Positions 38,398-48,445 of a stretch of DNA of 64,000 nt are shown piece after piece. The notes under the pieces were generated by a model. It made no database searches. It worked only from the letters and a program-made list of their open reading frames with translations, and was not told where the DNA came from. Within the stretch, counting starts at the first letter, position 1. Every line of letters starts with the position of its first letter. A program made the translations under genes and the position numbers. The DNA is from a virus, in the UHGV virus genome UHGV-0038496; one strand, given 5' to 3'.

Positions 38398-39410
38398 GCT
38401 CACGTATGACGCTACGCGGAATAATCACAGGTCAAACGACAGGAAACGAAAGGAAACGAAAACAATCGAAAGAAGATTAATTGCGGTTTATTACAGCACG
38501 AAAAGATTAATCATTGCAATAGTTAGCCTGCTATTAATTATATTTACAGGGGTGACAGTTACGTCATGTTACAGATGACTGGGCATCATATTGCACTGGC
38601 ACACTACCATACCAGCTATATAACATGCCCCACAGATGCATCTTATAACTGGTCTGACCACTTACGCATAAAAAATCGTTGACAAAAAGAGCGAAATTTG
38701 TTAGGCATACTTTCCCCATACTTCGGTCATACTCCCCCCACAGTTTACAGTTTGAAAAGCCCATAATCACACCTCAGGCCTCTGGCCTTCGAGGTAACGC
38801 AGTTACGAGACACGCATTGAAATCATAACATCCCATGACTGTTTACACAGCGTAGCACTGAGGCCCCGCCGATTTTACACATCTGACAGTTTACACGCAT
38901 GACAGTTTACGCCTTGATTTACAAGGAAATAGTTGCGACATGTAACTACCGCAAGACGGTATAGTTGCGCCGTGTTATCGTTGCATGTGTAACTTTACCG
39001 TGAAGCCATAGGCTGAATGTGTAACATTACTTCAGCGTTATTGTCACAGATCTGATAGTTTGCACTCTACTCTTAACCAGTGTTATAGTAACACCTGTTA
39101 CTACTACTTTTGACATAATAACGCTGGGAAAACGTAACCGTTTTTGATTATTAACATGTAATAACCCAGCGTTACCATAACAATTTTTATTGTTATTGGA
39201 GGACATAATAACGCTGAGGATTATTACATGATAATTTATGATATAATTTCGCTGGCTATGCCAGGTGGACTACGTCCACCCCGTAGGGCGTTATCATAAA
39301 TTAGCGAGATAATAATGCTGGATAATAACACGGGGGTGTTATTGTCACTCAGCGTTATTATGTCGCTCCCTCCGGTCGCGCCATGTTATCGTTGCATAAT
39401 GTGATTATTG

Positions 39411-39545
39411 CATTCGCAAATTATTATTTATCTTATTTTACTTTATGCAATTTATATATTTTCATTGATTGTAATTTTATTTATTTTATATTTTATTGTA
39501 TCTCATAATCTAATTATATTACTAATATTATACTATATAGATTAT
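39411..39545. other. AT-rich tract (candidate DNA unwinding element)
   Basis: About 130 bp of very high A+T with short ATTTTAT-type repeats. Confidence 0.45.
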
Positions 39546-40092
39546 TGAGATACAGAATAATCACCGCCTGAAAGTATATTAATCCCACAGCAGAATAGTC
39601 ACTGCATGAAATAATGTGGGGTGGGATAGTCACACCTCGGCATGACTGCCTTGCGGAATAATCACCATATTTACCACACCTGCCAGGTTGTTGAGAATAT
39701 TTCTCATATGTTAGCTATGCACTAATATTGCATAATTAAAACATACCTATCAGATGCATCTTATCGTGACGCTACGTGAAAAATAGAATTTTGCGCCTAT
39801 AGTTATACCCGATTTTTCAAAAAATGGACTTTATAACTCACTGTTTTATAAAGATTTATAGTTGTTGACACAGCCATATAAAATGTGCATCAGCCGAAAA
39901 GTGTGAGATACTTCACAAAATGCCCTACATTTGACAGCCGAAAACTGAAAAAACTTAAAAACTATGTATGCAAATACAGCTATTTTACTGTGTGGTTAAT
40001 TTTTAGGCATTTTATTTTATGCATTGTTTGAATACCGGATTCACAGCTTGCCCATGAAGCTACGCTGAATAAATCACTATATTACAGACAAC

Positions 40093-40115
40093 AAAAAGGC
40101 CGCTTATTTGCGGCC
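40093..40115 (-). terminator. rho-independent terminator (minus strand)
   Basis: GGCCGC-ttattt-GCGGCC hairpin with T-run on minus strand; directly after stop of 40137-40556. Confidence 0.6.
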
Positions 40116-40136
40116 CCTTATTATTTCGTTGATAAA

Positions 40137-40556
40137 TTATAGCGCTTCGTATATTTCATAGATTCGATTTGCAAGGTCGTTACGGTAGCGGAATTTTTCG
40201 TCACGCTTGATCATTAAATCTTTATAGCCATACTCCTTAAGCACTTCATTAACTTTATGGCGGCATACCTGCATATTGTCCTGAGCGTCACCAATAAACT
40301 TGTTGCTGTGGTGCATTGCTTTAATTTCTTCTTCCAGGACCAGGGCAACTACCCGGACCGGATCAAGCTGGTAGGCGTTAACATCCATGCGGCACTGTAG
40401 GCGGCTTTTAACATCGTTTACCGGATATACTGCAACCTCTTCCCCGTCCACGTTGACAATAACCAGCTTGTCGCCGATCTCGAATCCTTTAGCCGCTGGA
40501 CCGTGGCAAAAAGCGTTATCAAAACTATATGCGGGATTGTTTGATTCAATGTTCAT
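40137..40556 (-). CDS. hypothetical protein
   Basis: First ORF of the minus-strand array; terminator downstream. Confidence 0.45.
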   Translation of the reverse strand: MNIESNNPAYSFDNAFCHGPAAKGFEIGDKLVIVNVDGEEVAVYPVNDVKSRLQCRMDVNAYQLDPVRVVALVLEEEIKAMHHSNKFIGDAQDNMQVCRHKVNEVLKEYGYKDLMIKRDEKFRYRNDLANRIYEIYEAL

Positions 40557-40613
40557 GGTGTTTTCCTCTTCGTTGTGTCTTAGTTGGGCCTTTCGGCCCT
40601 TGCAATTATCTTA

Positions 40614-40886
40614 TTACTTGATGCGGCAAAATTCAAGCGTTTTTAATTGATAATCTTCTTCGGCTTGCATCACCACGCAATTGATCATGTGGTCGGCGTT
40701 ATCGAATCCACATTTCACAGCGAAATCATCGGCCCCGCCTTTGTGGTCATGTTCTGCGTTCATAGCCTCTACAAAATGGTACTCAAGATTATTCAAGTAA
40801 GGGCTAGATGTGCCGTCTTCTTTTTCAATAAGATCCCAGATAGCATTAAAACGTTTTTCAGTCGCCTTTTTAATCCACCCTTTCAT
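40614..40886 (-). CDS. hypothetical protein
   Basis: ORF in minus-strand array. Confidence 0.4.
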   Translation of the reverse strand: MKGWIKKATEKRFNAIWDLIEKEDGTSSPYLNNLEYHFVEAMNAEHDHKGGADDFAVKCGFDNADHMINCVVMQAEEDYQLKTLEFCRIK

Positions 40887-41165
40887 AATTTTGCCCCTTA
40901 TTGTGTGAGATATTTACTTCTTCCATTTTCATTATAGCCTATTTGTGGATTGATGCAAGATTGTTTTTTAGTTACAACATTCCAACCCCCTCCAACCGGA
41001 CCGGACCGCCGTCACGGCCTGGACCGGACCACAGGAAACGCAACAGGAAGCATTTTAGGGGCATGAAAAAGGAGGCTATGCACTTGCAAGGCCTCCTCCA
41101 GTTTATCCCGCCTGTGTGGCGATTATGTGGGCTATTTTTGATTTGCAGCTTTCGAGTATAGTCGG

Positions 41166-41471
41166 CTATTCTTCAACAGGGAAAACATCGTTCACGAAAG
41201 CGATGATCGCACCCTGGACCAGGTAGCGCGGGAAGATGGCTTGATCCCCTGCCTCCTGGTGACCGTCTTCAAAGAGGCGATAGATCACCAGATAACTTTT
41301 TTCGTCAACCTTTTGGATCTCGACCTCCAGCCATCGATCATGGTCATGGTCATCACGGAATGCCATCACCTGGCCGCCGTTTTTGTTGGCAATCTCAACC
41401 ATTACAGCGGCATTGTCGATCATGCCGTCAAAGAAGAATAAACCGTTTGCAGGGATAAACATAATAATCAC
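41166..41471 (-). CDS. hypothetical protein
   Basis: ORF in minus-strand array. Confidence 0.4.
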   Translation of the reverse strand: MIIMFIPANGLFFFDGMIDNAAVMVEIANKNGGQVMAFRDDHDHDRWLEVEIQKVDEKSYLVIYRLFEDGHQEAGDQAIFPRYLVQGAIIAFVNDVFPVEE

Positions 41472-41521
41472 TCCTTTCGATTTGGTGGATAGCTGGCGGG
41501 GTATCGTCCCCGCCTGGTTGC

Positions 41522-41812
41522 TTATTTGTTTTCTTTAATCATTTTGCCGATATACTCGATCACTGCTTTCAGCTGGCGGCGATCCTTGATCCAGGCTGGG
41601 AGGTCTTCCAGGTAGCTGCATAAGCTGCCACGGAAAAACATTTCTTCACCCTGTAAGTGATACAGTACTAAAGGCTCGCATTCATTTTCAAGATCCCAGA
41701 TCCAGACTACGGGAACGGCCTTTTCTTCCACCTCGTTCCATGCTTCTTCAATCGTTACGTCCACACCGCGATTATTAGCAAAGTTAATTAGTTTTTTATC
41801 GATGATGCTCAT
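41522..41812 (-). CDS. hypothetical protein
   Basis: ORF in minus-strand array. Confidence 0.4.
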   Translation of the reverse strand: MSIIDKKLINFANNRGVDVTIEEAWNEVEEKAVPVVWIWDLENECEPLVLYHLQGEEMFFRGSLCSYLEDLPAWIKDRRQLKAVIEYIGKMIKENK

Positions 41813-41889
41813 TTTATTTTCCTCCCTTCCTGCTCTTTATGATTAGTTTAATACCCTGGGGACTGCATTGCAAGCCCCTATCTTAAAAT

Positions 41890-42054
41890 TTACATAATTA
41901 CCGCCTTTTTGCCTTCGGCTATTGCGATCCGGTAAACTTCCATTGCTCGCATCCAGTCGCCTCCCTCGTACATCAAACGATAATTGCCGTTTTCCAACAC
42001 TTCATAAATGGCATAGGCGGGAGCGCCATAATCTTTTACTAAATCTGCGTTCAT
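41890..42054 (-). CDS. small hypothetical protein (54 aa)
   Basis: Below ORF-track cutoff; ATG preceded by AAGGGGGAA. Confidence 0.4.
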   Translation of the reverse strand: MNADLVKDYGAPAYAIYEVLENGNYRLMYEGGDWMRAMEVYRIAIAEGKKAVIM

Positions 42055-42364
42055 GATGTTTTCCCCCTTAAGCTACCACGATTGCCACAGCTGCCACTAC
42101 ACCTATTACAACTGCCGCCATAGTCAGAGCTAACACACTGCCTACGAATAAAGTTGCCATAATCTTTTCCTCCCCTTCGTGTTACTGTTTACTGCCTTCA
42201 CCTATAGAATACAGTATGGGGGGCAGTAGTCAACACCTTTTGTAAAAAAAAATCCTGGTAGTCGTTGGCATCGGCGGCACTGACTAACCAGGATGGGCAA
42301 ACATCAAAAATAAGGCATCAAACGGGGCGTAGGACGCAAAAAACTTAGTTCCCTTTGTACTTCT

Positions 42365-42718
42365 TCATAGCTGGATAATATAGCCCTTAGAATCGTATAG
42401 ACGGCGTTCCAGCGCTTCATAATAAAAACCCGCAAGGCTAAAAAGGCAGTGATTAGCACGTAAAACTTCCGCTGCATAAGCCGGATCCGCTTCCATTCGT
42501 TTGATTAGAATATTCTGCCACGCCAGGCGACGGATCTCACCGTTAACGTTACGTTTGATCAAAGTGTCTACTTTGTAGAGTCGTGCGGCTTGAGCGGCTT
42601 TTTTCGCTTTTACCCGCAAGGCCTCTTTTTCGTAGGCTATCACCGCGCCGATGGCCTCATCCTGGGCTTTTGCTGCCAATAGGTCGAAAGTTAACAGGCT
42701 AACGCTTGCACGTTTCAT
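42365..42718 (-). CDS. hypothetical protein
   Basis: ORF in minus-strand array. Confidence 0.4.
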   Translation of the reverse strand: MKRASVSLLTFDLLAAKAQDEAIGAVIAYEKEALRVKAKKAAQAARLYKVDTLIKRNVNGEIRRLAWQNILIKRMEADPAYAAEVLRANHCLFSLAGFYYEALERRLYDSKGYIIQL

Positions 42719-42744
42719 AGTAATTTACCTCTTATGCTGTTGCA

Positions 42745-42972
42745 TTATTTATTATCATTCCGGTAAATAACTTTTCCGTTCCGGTCCATCAGCACGCCGA
42801 TTAATCCGTGGCGTTCGTGGTAGTATTTTTCCATTTTGAAGATTAAAAAATCTTCTGCTTTATCATATTCATAGCAAGAAACGATATAATCAGGGCGAAA
42901 ATATATAAAATGGTTAGCATGTGGATTTTTTTCTTTTGCCTGATTAAATGCTTTGCTGTCAACGATAATCAT
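42745..42972 (-). CDS. hypothetical protein
   Basis: ATG at 42972 preceded by GGGGAG. Confidence 0.4.
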   Translation of the reverse strand: MIIVDSKAFNQAKEKNPHANHFIYFRPDYIVSCYEYDKAEDFLIFKMEKYYHERHGLIGVLMDRNGKVIYRNDNK

Positions 42973-42989
42973 GATCTTTACTCCCCTTG

Positions 42990-43238
42990 TCAACCGTGCA
43001 ATGCCTGCACATTGAAAGCGCCATAGATAGGATCAGCCGGAACATCAATTTTGTATTTTTCGCATTTAAAGACGATATAAACATAGTCTTTTTTGTCCTG
43101 CCTGATCGCACGTTCGACCATTTTCCCATTGTGCACAAATACAACGTAACCGCTTGCGATGTACTGGTTAATGGCGACAGGTATCATAGTACGGCGAACG
43201 TTAGTACCCTTGTCGATTAAAGCGCTTAGATTTTTCAT
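42990..43238 (-). CDS. hypothetical protein
   Basis: ORF in minus-strand array. Confidence 0.4.
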   Translation of the reverse strand: MKNLSALIDKGTNVRRTMIPVAINQYIASGYVVFVHNGKMVERAIRQDKKDYVYIVFKCEKYKIDVPADPIYGAFNVQALHG

Positions 43239-43279
43239 TTTGCTTACTCCTCTTTTCTTGTTGGACTTAAGGCCCTGCC

Positions 43280-43459
43280 TTACAGGGCCATTTTTAACAA
43301 TTCATGCATGTCGAAATTTTCAAGGTTTTTAGCCAGGTAGACGGCTTTTTCTGCCACCTCCTCATCGATATCGTCATCGGGGAGAAGGTCCAGAGCATTT
43401 TCACGTTCACGCATTGCAACATTTACCAGGTTGTTAACTTTTTTGATATTCCGTTTCAT
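43280..43459 (-). CDS. small acidic protein (59 aa)
   Basis: Below ORF-track cutoff; ATG preceded by AGAGGAG. Confidence 0.4.
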   Translation of the reverse strand: MKRNIKKVNNLVNVAMRERENALDLLPDDDIDEEVAEKAVYLAKNLENFDMHELLKMAL

Positions 43460-43536
43460 GATTTAGTACTCCTCTTATTTGGTGTGGTACTTCTTTTATT
43501 TACATCTTACAACAACCTGGCAGCTTGTCAACCTTT

Positions 43537-44067
43537 TTATTTCATCATTTTGCGAATTTTGTTAGCCATTGCCGGGTTATCTAGTACAAGGTTGTAGAGG
43601 TCTTTAAAATTCTCGGCGGCATCCTCATAACCATTCAGGCCATAGCCTTTTACCATTTTGTTAAAACCTGCTTTATCTTCCTCTATAACTTCCTCTTTTT
43701 CTTTGAAAATTAATTCGCCGTTATCATCAACCAGGTTGGCCCCATTGTCAAAAACCAGATTCCCTTTTTCCCCTTTATAAACATGGTCACGGATCACGAC
43801 CTCTTTTAAAGCCTCCTGTATAACATATTTTGCATCATTTGCACAATTGCGATCCGCCTTTTTCAACCAGGCCCCTTTTTCCTTGATATCCGCATCAGGA
43901 TTAAAGGCGACCATAGGGGCAACAACTTCCCCGGCGCAATTCATTATAATTTCTTTCACATAGACGGGATTGATATGCTCAGGGGCTTCAACTTTAAAGC
44001 CGCCAGCGTTTACATTCGCACCGATAACCATCGCCAGGGCAGCTAAAACATATTTGAATGCTTTCAT
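43537..44067 (-). CDS. secreted/periplasmic protein (signal peptide)
   Basis: ATG at 44067 with AAGAGGAAAA RBS; MKAFKYVLAALAMVIGANVNA signal-peptide-like. Confidence 0.5.
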   Translation of the reverse strand: MKAFKYVLAALAMVIGANVNAGGFKVEAPEHINPVYVKEIIMNCAGEVVAPMVAFNPDADIKEKGAWLKKADRNCANDAKYVIQEALKEVVIRDHVYKGEKGNLVFDNGANLVDDNGELIFKEKEEVIEEDKAGFNKMVKGYGLNGYEDAAENFKDLYNLVLDNPAMANKIRKMMK

Positions 44068-44147
44068 GATTTTTTCCTCTTTCAAGTGGTTAATACTGCT
44101 TTCAGTTTTATAATATACTATCCTGGCAAGGTGTCAACACTTTTATC

Positions 44148-44333
44148 TTATTTTGCTTCTCTTTCTCTTCGTGCCAGGTACTTACACCGGGCCAGGGCTA
44201 GATCGAAATCTGCGTAAGCGCTATCACAAGTAGAATGTGTTAAACCTTTTACCATCACCTGGTAAACTTCCGGCCTAACCTCAAGGATCCAGTAGTTGCC
44301 CTCTTCGTAAAGTATTTGAGATTCTTTAATCAT
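44148..44333 (-). CDS. hypothetical protein
   Basis: Small ORF in minus-strand array. Confidence 0.35.
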   Translation of the reverse strand: MIKESQILYEEGNYWILEVRPEVYQVMVKGLTHSTCDSAYADFDLALARCKYLARREREAK

Positions 44334-44381
44334 GGTGTTTACTCCTTTTAGTGCTTTATGTTGTGTTTTTATGTTCTGTCG

Positions 44382-44657
44382 TTATTTATGAGCGCCTTTT
44401 ACGCCAACCAGGCGATTATATTCTAAGTGCTCAACAATTAACCAATCTTTGAAATCGCCGTCACGGTTTAACAGCCGCCAATCTTTGTTGATATTGTATT
44501 TATAGCCATAGCCGCAATTTAACTTAGTAGGATGCACCGCTTTCGCGTTGTGTGCTTCCAGGATGCTCAGGGCTTTTTTAAGAACGTTTGCGGGAGTATT
44601 TTTTTGCATTTTAACGTTCTTGATACCTTTAACGTCGATCATTTTCATGATGGTCAC
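44382..44657 (-). CDS. hypothetical protein
   Basis: ORF in minus-strand array. Confidence 0.4.
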   Translation of the reverse strand: MTIMKMIDVKGIKNVKMQKNTPANVLKKALSILEAHNAKAVHPTKLNCGYGYKYNINKDWRLLNRDGDFKDWLIVEHLEYNRLVGVKGAHK

Positions 44658-44744
44658 CTTTTTGTGTTTTGTTAGTCTTAACTACTTCTTTTAATTTAAT
44701 TGTATATCTTTTAGATTCTGTGTCAACTACTTTTTTCTAACTTT

Positions 44745-44954
44745 TTACCCCTCCCTGGCAAGGCGTTCAAGCCGGATAACCATTCTTGCGACCGCCCTCC
44801 AATCCGCATCATTAAATTCATCCATAGGGGCCGGATTGTTCATTACTTCCAGGTTGTTGATATTGACGTGATACGGTACAGCTTTTACAGGTGCGGCCTT
44901 TGCTGCCGCTTTTCTTGCTTTCGCCGCTTTGCGTTTATCTCTACCCATGCCCAT
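44745..44954 (-). CDS. hypothetical basic protein
   Basis: Lys/Ala-rich N-terminus. Confidence 0.4.
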   Translation of the reverse strand: MGMGRDKRKAAKARKAAAKAAPVKAVPYHVNINNLEVMNNPAPMDEFNDADWRAVARMVIRLERLAREG

Positions 44955-45047
44955 GATTTGTTACTCCTCTGGTTGTTGGCCTTACTTCTTTCTTCATCTT
45001 TATAGTAAGAAAAAGGCCTGCACATTGCAAGCCTTTATGAAGATTTT

Positions 45048-45329
45048 TTAAAACAACGCATGTAGCGGGTAACGGTTACCAGGGTAATAAATCACCTTGA
45101 TCATTTCGTCCGGCAGGAAGAAGTTAAACCATTCGCCAGTGTTATCGTCTGGATCTTCGTCCGCATACATGAAGAAGTAGTCTACAGTTTCCTCGCCAGG
45201 GGCCTGGCCTTCGTTGTATTCTACCCTAGTTAATTTCAACGGGCGATCATTACGGATTATAACCATACCAGCCTGTAAATAACGGGCTTCAAAATTGATA
45301 ACCGCGCCAGGTAATAAGTTAGGGAACAT
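45048..45329 (-). CDS. hypothetical protein
   Basis: ATG at 45329 with AGAGGAG RBS; a C10 homopolymer lies in the 5' leader. Confidence 0.45.
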   Translation of the reverse strand: MFPNLLPGAVINFEARYLQAGMVIIRNDRPLKLTRVEYNEGQAPGEETVDYFFMYADEDPDDNTGEWFNFFLPDEMIKVIYYPGNRYPLHALF

Positions 45330-45636
45330 AATTTTAACTCCTCTGTTGTTGGTGGGGGGGGGGTATTCCCCTTTCAAGAATAAGTATACACACAACAGAC
45401 CACATTGCAAGAAAAATTTTATCAGATGATAACTATTCTCATTTTGCAGGAGGCAACACTTTTGAGTCTGGATCGCTTCGAGGTTGGCAATAGTGGAAGC
45501 GTTGAAATCGATTTTTAGGCACCTGGCAGGGCCTGTAACGGCCTGGAATGGTGGGGGCTTTACACTTGCATATCTTGCTGGTAAATCTTGATGGCGGGGC
45601 TTACAGGAAGGATTTAAAACACAGGAGGCAGGGCCA

Positions 45637-45661
45637 TAAAAAAGGCCGCTGATTTGCGGCC
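45637..45661 (-). terminator. rho-independent terminator (minus strand)
   Basis: GGCCGC-tgattt-GCGGCC hairpin with T-run on minus strand; near-identical to the 40093 terminator. Confidence 0.55.
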
Positions 45662-45682
45662 CTTCATAATAGTTTCACATTG

Positions 45683-45799
45683 TTATCTTTTCGCGTCGTG
45701 TTTATCGCCAGCTATACCGAAGACCTTCCAGCCTACACCGATCCCGATGATACAGATAAACCAGACAACCAGGGCACCAAGCCCGATCAAGATGTGCAT
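45683..45799 (-). CDS. small membrane peptide (38 aa)
   Basis: Below ORF-track cutoff; AGAGGG RBS; hydrophobic. Confidence 0.35.
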   Translation of the reverse strand: MHILIGLGALVVWFICIIGIGVGWKVFGIAGDKHDAKR

Positions 45800-45804
45800 T
45801 GTCG

Positions 45805-46155
45805 TTACCCTCTAAAATAATGTTTTACGATTGCAATAATTACAGGCGCAACATAATAGACCACTGCACCCAAGACGGCCCACGGGGCCAGTTTTTTGGC
45901 GACTGGATAAATGTATTCACCGCACACATAGCACACGATCCAGGCCAACATAATTTTAATCGGTGCATTGTAAAAGATGTTATGCACCCAATCAATATAA
46001 GCGTATGCCATACCGAAAAGCACCGCACCGATAGCGGCCCCACGGCATTTAATTTTACGGGCCGCTTTTTCGGCAGCTTCTCGATCAATGGCGTTCATCT
46101 CTGGGGCCATCTCGTTGACGTCCGGCATACGGTTTAACAGGTCGATGATTCTCAT
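45805..46155 (-). CDS. multi-pass membrane protein
   Basis: Three hydrophobic helices. Confidence 0.45.
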   Translation of the reverse strand: MRIIDLLNRMPDVNEMAPEMNAIDREAAEKAARKIKCRGAAIGAVLFGMAYAYIDWVHNIFYNAPIKIMLAWIVCYVCGEYIYPVAKKLAPWAVLGAVVYYVAPVIIAIVKHYFRG

Positions 46156-46369
46156 TGTTTTTCTTCCTCATGGTTGTTTCCTTCTGCGTCAATTATAGAT
46201 CGCTATAAAGTAAATGCCAACCCCCATAAGTGTTTCAATCGCCAGGATCTCACACCACGTTATCAAGTGGCTGATTGTATCATTGCAAGGTCGAGGCTTG
46301 TCTTTCATTTTCTTATTCCCCTTGTTGGTTGATGATAGGGCCGGACTTCCGGCCCTGGTTGAAATTGTG

Positions 46370-46600
46370 TTACATGATAGTAAGTTTACGGCCTTTGATC
46401 ATGATGTAACCGTGTCCAGCATTGCCCCAGATATCAACGTAGACGCGGCGCATCCGGCCCTCGAAGTTGATCATCCAGTTAGTCGGTAATTTTTTACCGT
46501 AACCGCTTGCAGGCATTTTGGCGTTGACTGGTTTTTCAATCATGACTACATCAAAAAAGTTTTTATAGTCAAATGTTGCAACAGCTGGCATAAGGTCCAT
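46370..46600 (-). CDS. hypothetical protein
   Basis: ORF in minus-strand array. Confidence 0.4.
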   Translation of the reverse strand: MDLMPAVATFDYKNFFDVVMIEKPVNAKMPASGYGKKLPTNWMINFEGRMRRVYVDIWGNAGHGYIMIKGRKLTIM

Positions 46601-46681
46601 GATGTTTCCCCTTCTTACTGTGTGGTTGAGTTCTCTTTATTGATGATCCACTTTCTCATCGTGGACCATCTAAAAGCTAAC

Positions 46682-46876
46682 TCATGCGGCTATTGCAATG
46701 ATTCGTTCTGCTGCCTCAACCGCTTCATAGTCCAGATTATTGTGGTGCGCTACATCCAGGAGGAAAGTTAGTGCATCTTTATAATCTTCGTAGTCGCAAC
46801 GATAAGCCTCTACACCTTCAACAAGAATCGCAATTTTACCAGCTTTTTTCAGGTTTACGATGTTAATGTGTTTCAT
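46682..46876 (-). CDS. hypothetical protein
   Basis: Small ORF in minus-strand array. Confidence 0.4.
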   Translation of the reverse strand: MKHINIVNLKKAGKIAILVEGVEAYRCDYEDYKDALTFLLDVAHHNNLDYEAVEAAERIIAIAA

Positions 46877-46951
46877 GATTTGTCACTCCTTTTAAATTGT
46901 TTACTGCTTTCGATTATCAGTATACTTGTTTTTTCTGATTTGTCAACCTTT

Positions 46952-47179
46952 CTAGACTTCTTCCGGTGCCGCTTTAAAGAATCCTCTAATGATCCGGCCT
47001 CCCCTTACACTTCTTGAAAAAATTGCGTCAACCTCGCGCCTGAATGCCTCTACCCAGATATCGCCCTTACTATCGCTATTCCTAACAATCCAGGCCATAC
47101 GGTAGACCTTGTTATCGAAATTAATCACACCTTTAGATGGTTTAACTCGATTCATGGGGAACTTGATAACGTTGCTCAT
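46952..47179 (-). CDS. hypothetical protein
   Basis: ORF in minus-strand array. Confidence 0.4.
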   Translation of the reverse strand: MSNVIKFPMNRVKPSKGVINFDNKVYRMAWIVRNSDSKGDIWVEAFRREVDAIFSRSVRGGRIIRGFFKAAPEEV

Positions 47180-47843
47180 TTTATTTTCCTCGCTTAGTTG
47201 TTTATTTTTGTAGTGGGAGGTTTATAACCTCCCTCCTCTGTGTTTATAATGCTGCCCGTATATGATGTACCAGATGTTTAAAAGCTCGCGCCAGGTAAAT
47301 TTATCATCTTCGGGCTTTTCTTTATCGTTTTTCATACCCAACCTCATTTTTTGTTATTCAGACCTTTTAACATTTCTTTAATGAAATCTTCCACCCTTTC
47401 ATATTCGTTTGCTTTGTAGTAGTCTTTCATTTTATTTTCCTCGTTTTCTTTCAGCTTCCCCCGGTTTATCCGGTCCTTGTTGCCTCCCTGCATCCTTTCC
47501 TTTCAACTTTATTTTACTGCTTTGTGTTACCTTGTCAACCTTTTTTACTTCTTTCTAGTTTTAGGGCTTTTCGGCTCCCTCGGTCCTTCGGTTAGCTATG
47601 CTTCAAGGCTTTTCCTTTACCCTTCTTTTCCCGCTCCCGGAACTTTCCTTTCTGTTCCCTTTCTTCTCCTTTCGACTATAGAATACCAAACCGGGGGGCC
47701 GTGTCAATACCTTTTTCACAACTTTCTTAAAAATTTTTACTTCCGCATGTTGCTTAAGATAAAACCAACAACCAGGCAGCAGATAACCACAAAGGCCAGG
47801 CCCACAGCGATAAACGGATTCATCAGCATTTCAAGTAACATGA

Positions 47844-48053
47844 TCAGGCCTCCAATACCATAATTTCAAAGCGTGCGACGATAGGGCTAACGTCTACGAG
47901 GCACATCGGATCGACTACGCGATGGATAACGACTAGATGATCATCATGCTTATCGATGTAATAATCCTCGTTATCAATTATTTCGCTTAGGTCATAATAA
48001 CGGCCTTTCTCATAGCGGCCCCGTGCATCATTGGCATAATCACAGTAGACCAT
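47844..48053 (-). CDS. hypothetical acidic protein
   Basis: ATG at 48053 with AGGAGGA RBS. Confidence 0.4.
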   Translation of the reverse strand: MVYCDYANDARGRYEKGRYYDLSEIIDNEDYYIDKHDDHLVVIHRVVDPMCLVDVSPIVARFEIMVLEA

Positions 48054-48209
48054 TTTGCTTTCCTCCTGCTGTGTTTCTTCTTTCAATTAAAATAATACGC
48101 AGATCCTACAAGAAGTAAATAAGGTTTTACCTATTGATTTTTGCGTTAGATGTGTTTTACAGGTTGGGGAGTGGCAAACGAAGAAAGGCCCCACCAGGGG
48201 GCCTATCGG

Positions 48210-48431
48210 TTAAATTTCGTCTGCTTTCATGCGTTCACGCCGTGCTGCATATTTCATTTGCTGGCGTTCACGTTCAAGTAACAGGCGGCGTAAATTACGG
48301 TCGTAATAGTTGCGCCACAGTTTACCGAAGCGGCGCGGCTTGTTCAATTTGTTGTTACGCTGGCGGCGTTCCGGCAGTTCATCAGATAAATGATTGCGTT
48401 TAGTGATTTTTTCAAAGTTTACCATGTTCAT
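48210..48431 (-). CDS. Arg-rich basic protein (possible nucleic-acid binding)
   Basis: About 25% Arg/Lys; AGGAG RBS. Confidence 0.4.
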   Translation of the reverse strand: MNMVNFEKITKRNHLSDELPERRQRNNKLNKPRRFGKLWRNYYDRNLRRLLLERERQQMKYAARRERMKADEI

Positions 48432-48445
48432 AATCGGCGCTCCTG

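Larger units (their letters stand above)
37600..40130. repeat. 2.5-kb ORF-free repeat-rich region at a point of convergent transcription
   Basis: No ORF with RBS; several direct and inverted repeat families, DnaA boxes and an AT-rich tract. Confidence 0.6.

Noticed and set aside
35734-40130. Possible tRNA gene cluster in the large non-coding region, as occurs in T5-like early regions
   Set aside because: No T-loop-like GGTTCGA(A/G)TCC motif or cloverleaf-compatible 70-90 nt unit was found by eye; the repeats are AT-rich iterons and palindromes. A tRNAscan run would be decisive.
47477-47863. Plus-strand ORF of 128 aa antisense to the leftward block
   Set aside because: Low-complexity pyrimidine-rich coding (Leu/Phe/Pro/Ser), no ribosome-binding site, and it overlaps minus-strand promoters and a leader.
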